Below are positions 59,775-61,376 of a DNA stretch of 61,376 bases, piece after piece (position 1 is the stretch's first letter; every line of letters begins with the position of its first letter). The DNA comes from a virus, in the IMG/VR virus record IMGVR_UViG_3300037483_000245. One strand, given 5' to 3'. The position numbers were made by a program, and so were the translations under genes. Below the pieces are notes generated by a model. It saw nothing but the letters and a program-made list of their open reading frames with translations, did no database searches and was not told the origin of the DNA.

Positions 59775-60536
59775 TCATTCGTCAATTGCCTCCACGTCGA
59801 TCACGAACGAAGACATGGGTGCTACAGCGTCATTCGGGGTGATGTTGTTCTGCTGCATGTTGATGTTGATGTTCTGCCCGCCCTTCTTCATCCCCAGCGC
59901 GTCCCAGATGAGGTCGCGGGCATCCTTGTCGCCAGACTTGACGATGTAGCCGTGGCCGTAGCAGGCGTTGCAGGGGATGGACATGCCGTCTGGTGTGATG
60001 ATCTCACCTGTCTGGTCGCAGCCTGGGCAGGGGACGCGGATGGACTCGGCGTCAGCGGCAACGTCGTCGAGGATCTTGGGAGCGCGGCGAGCGATGTTTG
60101 TGAGACCTGCGGCGAGCTGGTGGTCGCGGTAGGCTGTGATGAGGTCCGCTGCCCGCATGCGTGCGTTGCGGCAGAGGGTGAAGAGGCGGATGGCATCATT
60201 CTCGTTGTCTTCCAGCTCTTCAGCGAGGGCAATGGACTCGGGATCGCCCTTGTAGCGCAGCGCTGATGCCATCTCTCTGCGCCCCACGATCTCGTCGAAG
60301 TTGGCCAGAGCCTCTCTTGCCGCTACAATACCTTCCGGATCCTTGTAGACAGCCTGTTTGCGAGGTTTGCGTGGCGGCGGCGCCATCAACTGCGTCTCTT
60401 CGTACTCCAGATTGCCGATGGCTGCATTGACGTACTGGGTCTCGGCCGCGTCGATGTTGCGCAGTTTCTCCATCTTCTGCTTGAACTTGTCCTGCGCTTT
60501 TGACACTACTTCGCTCTCCCGCTCGCGTACTTCCAC
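59775..60536 (-). CDS. hypothetical protein with DnaJ-type CxxCxGxG zinc finger (253 aa). Small-terminase role is speculative
   Basis: CPGCDQTGE...CNACYGHGY. Position upstream of terL. Confidence 0.55.
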   Translation of the reverse strand: MEVRERESEVVSKAQDKFKQKMEKLRNIDAAETQYVNAAIGNLEYEETQLMAPPPRKPRKQAVYKDPEGIVAAREALANFDEIVGRREMASALRYKGDPESIALAEELEDNENDAIRLFTLCRNARMRAADLITAYRDHQLAAGLTNIARRAPKILDDVAADAESIRVPCPGCDQTGEIITPDGMSIPCNACYGHGYIVKSGDKDARDLIWDALGMKKGGQNININMQQNNITPNDAVAPMSSFVIDVEAIDE

Positions 60537-60883
60537 AGAAGTCTTGCAAATCTGTCCGTCACCTCTTCATCACTGTCGGCAAACTGCTGCCAGGTGGTGA
60601 ACTTCTCGCCCACGATGAGGTTGTGGACGATGGTGCGCGAGGAGTCCATGAGAATGTGGCAGAGTTCGTGAACGACGATGAACTCCGGCGTCTCGTAATC
60701 GAAAATGCTGTCGTAGAACGTGACTCTGGCTTGGTGATAGCGGTAATCGACCGTGGTGATGGCGTTGGCGCCTTCTTCATTGGCCGAATCGAAGTGCACG
60801 AAGATCTCGAAATGCTCCAATCCTAGCAACTTCTGCCACTTCCCCACCCACTTTCTGAGCTTGCCCTGTTCTGCCGGGGTCAA
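60506..60883 (-). CDS. small HExxH zinc-metallopeptidase-like protein (125 aa)
   Basis: IVVHELCHILMD motif. TTG start overlapping the upstream stop. Confidence 0.5.
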   Translation of the reverse strand: MTPAEQGKLRKWVGKWQKLLGLEHFEIFVHFDSANEEGANAITTVDYRYHQARVTFYDSIFDYETPEFIVVHELCHILMDSSRTIVHNLIVGEKFTTWQQFADSDEEVTDRFARLLWKYASGRAK

Positions 60884-61002
60884 TCACCGCCACCTGTACC
60901 CATTCTGGGCTCATTTGTGCCTGATTTGGGCATGTCAGACGATTCCTGCTCAATCGCGCGGTTTTCGTCACATTTCGCCGCTCTCGTCACACTCTGCTTC
61001 AT
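60880..61002 (-). CDS. possible 40-aa peptide
   Basis: Hand translation MKQSVTRAAKCDENRAIEQESSDMPKSGTNEPRMGTGGGD. ATGA coupling on both sides. Confidence 0.3.
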   Translation of the reverse strand: MKQSVTRAAKCDENRAIEQESSDMPKSGTNEPRMGTGGGD

Positions 61003-61217
61003 CATTCACTCTCCTCCAAATTCATCGTTTCCCACCAGTCTTCCTTGTCTCTGTAGCCATCTCGCTCACTGCTGATCGCCAGGCTGCACTTCCAACACAC
61101 GATCACGCCGAATTGAGCTTCTTCCGGCGGCAGGACGTTGCGGCAAATGCGGCATCTGAAAATAGGGCATCTGACCTCATTCCCGCCGGTTTCCTTACGC
61201 CCGCTTTCATCACTCAT
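61002..61217 (-). CDS. zinc-finger protein (71 aa), first gene of the minus arm
   Basis: CPIFRCRICR...CWKC. GAGG 8 nt upstream of the ATG. Confidence 0.55.
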   Translation of the reverse strand: MSDESGRKETGGNEVRCPIFRCRICRNVLPPEEAQFGVIVCWKCSLAISSERDGYRDKEDWWETMNLEESE

Positions 61218-61249
61218 GTGCGTACCTCGTCAACATCTTGACCCCTTTG

Positions 61250-61376
61250 TACCACCCATTATGACTACGAGTCAAGTCCCTGTGTCAGATTTTTTTGTGT
61301 ACCGTGGGGCGCCCATTCCCTCATTCAGCACCCCACCCCACCCCCTTCCGAGAATCGAGAGATCTCCCTAACCATT
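61250..61376. repeat. Second copy of the 127-bp terminal repeat (identical to 1..127)
   Basis: Exact match read by eye. Confidence 0.9.

Overview
The window looks like one complete dsDNA phage genome of about 61.25 kb. The first 127 bp recur exactly as the last 127 bp, which fits a circular or terminally redundant assembly. It has two arms. A plus-strand early/replication arm runs 443-28417. A minus-strand packaging/structural/lysis arm runs from 61217 down to 28639. The arms diverge across the contig junction and converge at a hairpin at 28590-28621.

Recognisable plus-arm genes:
- a UDG-like/3'-5' exonuclease/family A DNA polymerase fusion
- an XPD/DinG-like Fe-S helicase
- an ERCC4/XPF-like nuclease
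- a RecB/Cas4-like PD-(D/E)XK nuclease
- a RecA-fold ATPase
- a DnaQ-like exonuclease
- a SpoT/Mesh1-like HD hydrolase
- an XRE-type regulator, the only minus-strand gene in this arm

Recognisable minus-arm genes:
- large terminase, portal, scaffold and major capsid protein
- very large tail/internal proteins, including an SLT-domain protein
- a double pectate-lyase-like tailspike
- a PolB-exo-like exonuclease
- a GH108 endolysin and a holin/spanin-like trio

I saw no integrase, RNA polymerase, tape-measure or sheath gene. A short-tailed virion is therefore only an inference.

The most unusual locus is 25.1-28.6 kb. A terminator and a sigma70-like promoter precede about 450 nt of structured non-coding RNA. 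That RNA includes a 25-bp rod-like hairpin and a circularly permuted tRNA-like module. It lies directly upstream of a Ro60 (TROVE+vWA) gene. Downstream come a phage-encoded TatA, a small twin-arginine-signal protein, a small membrane protein, three tRNAs and an aberrant 88-nt tRNA-like element.

Other notable items:
- a 670-bp GCT-based trinucleotide repeat encoding an Ala/Asp/Tyr tract
- a GGATATAGT motif clustered around two promoter-like sites
- palindromic operator arrays
- a zinc-ribbon ORF reachable only by reading through an in-frame TAG

All calls come from reading the sequence and from remembered family motifs. No searches were run.
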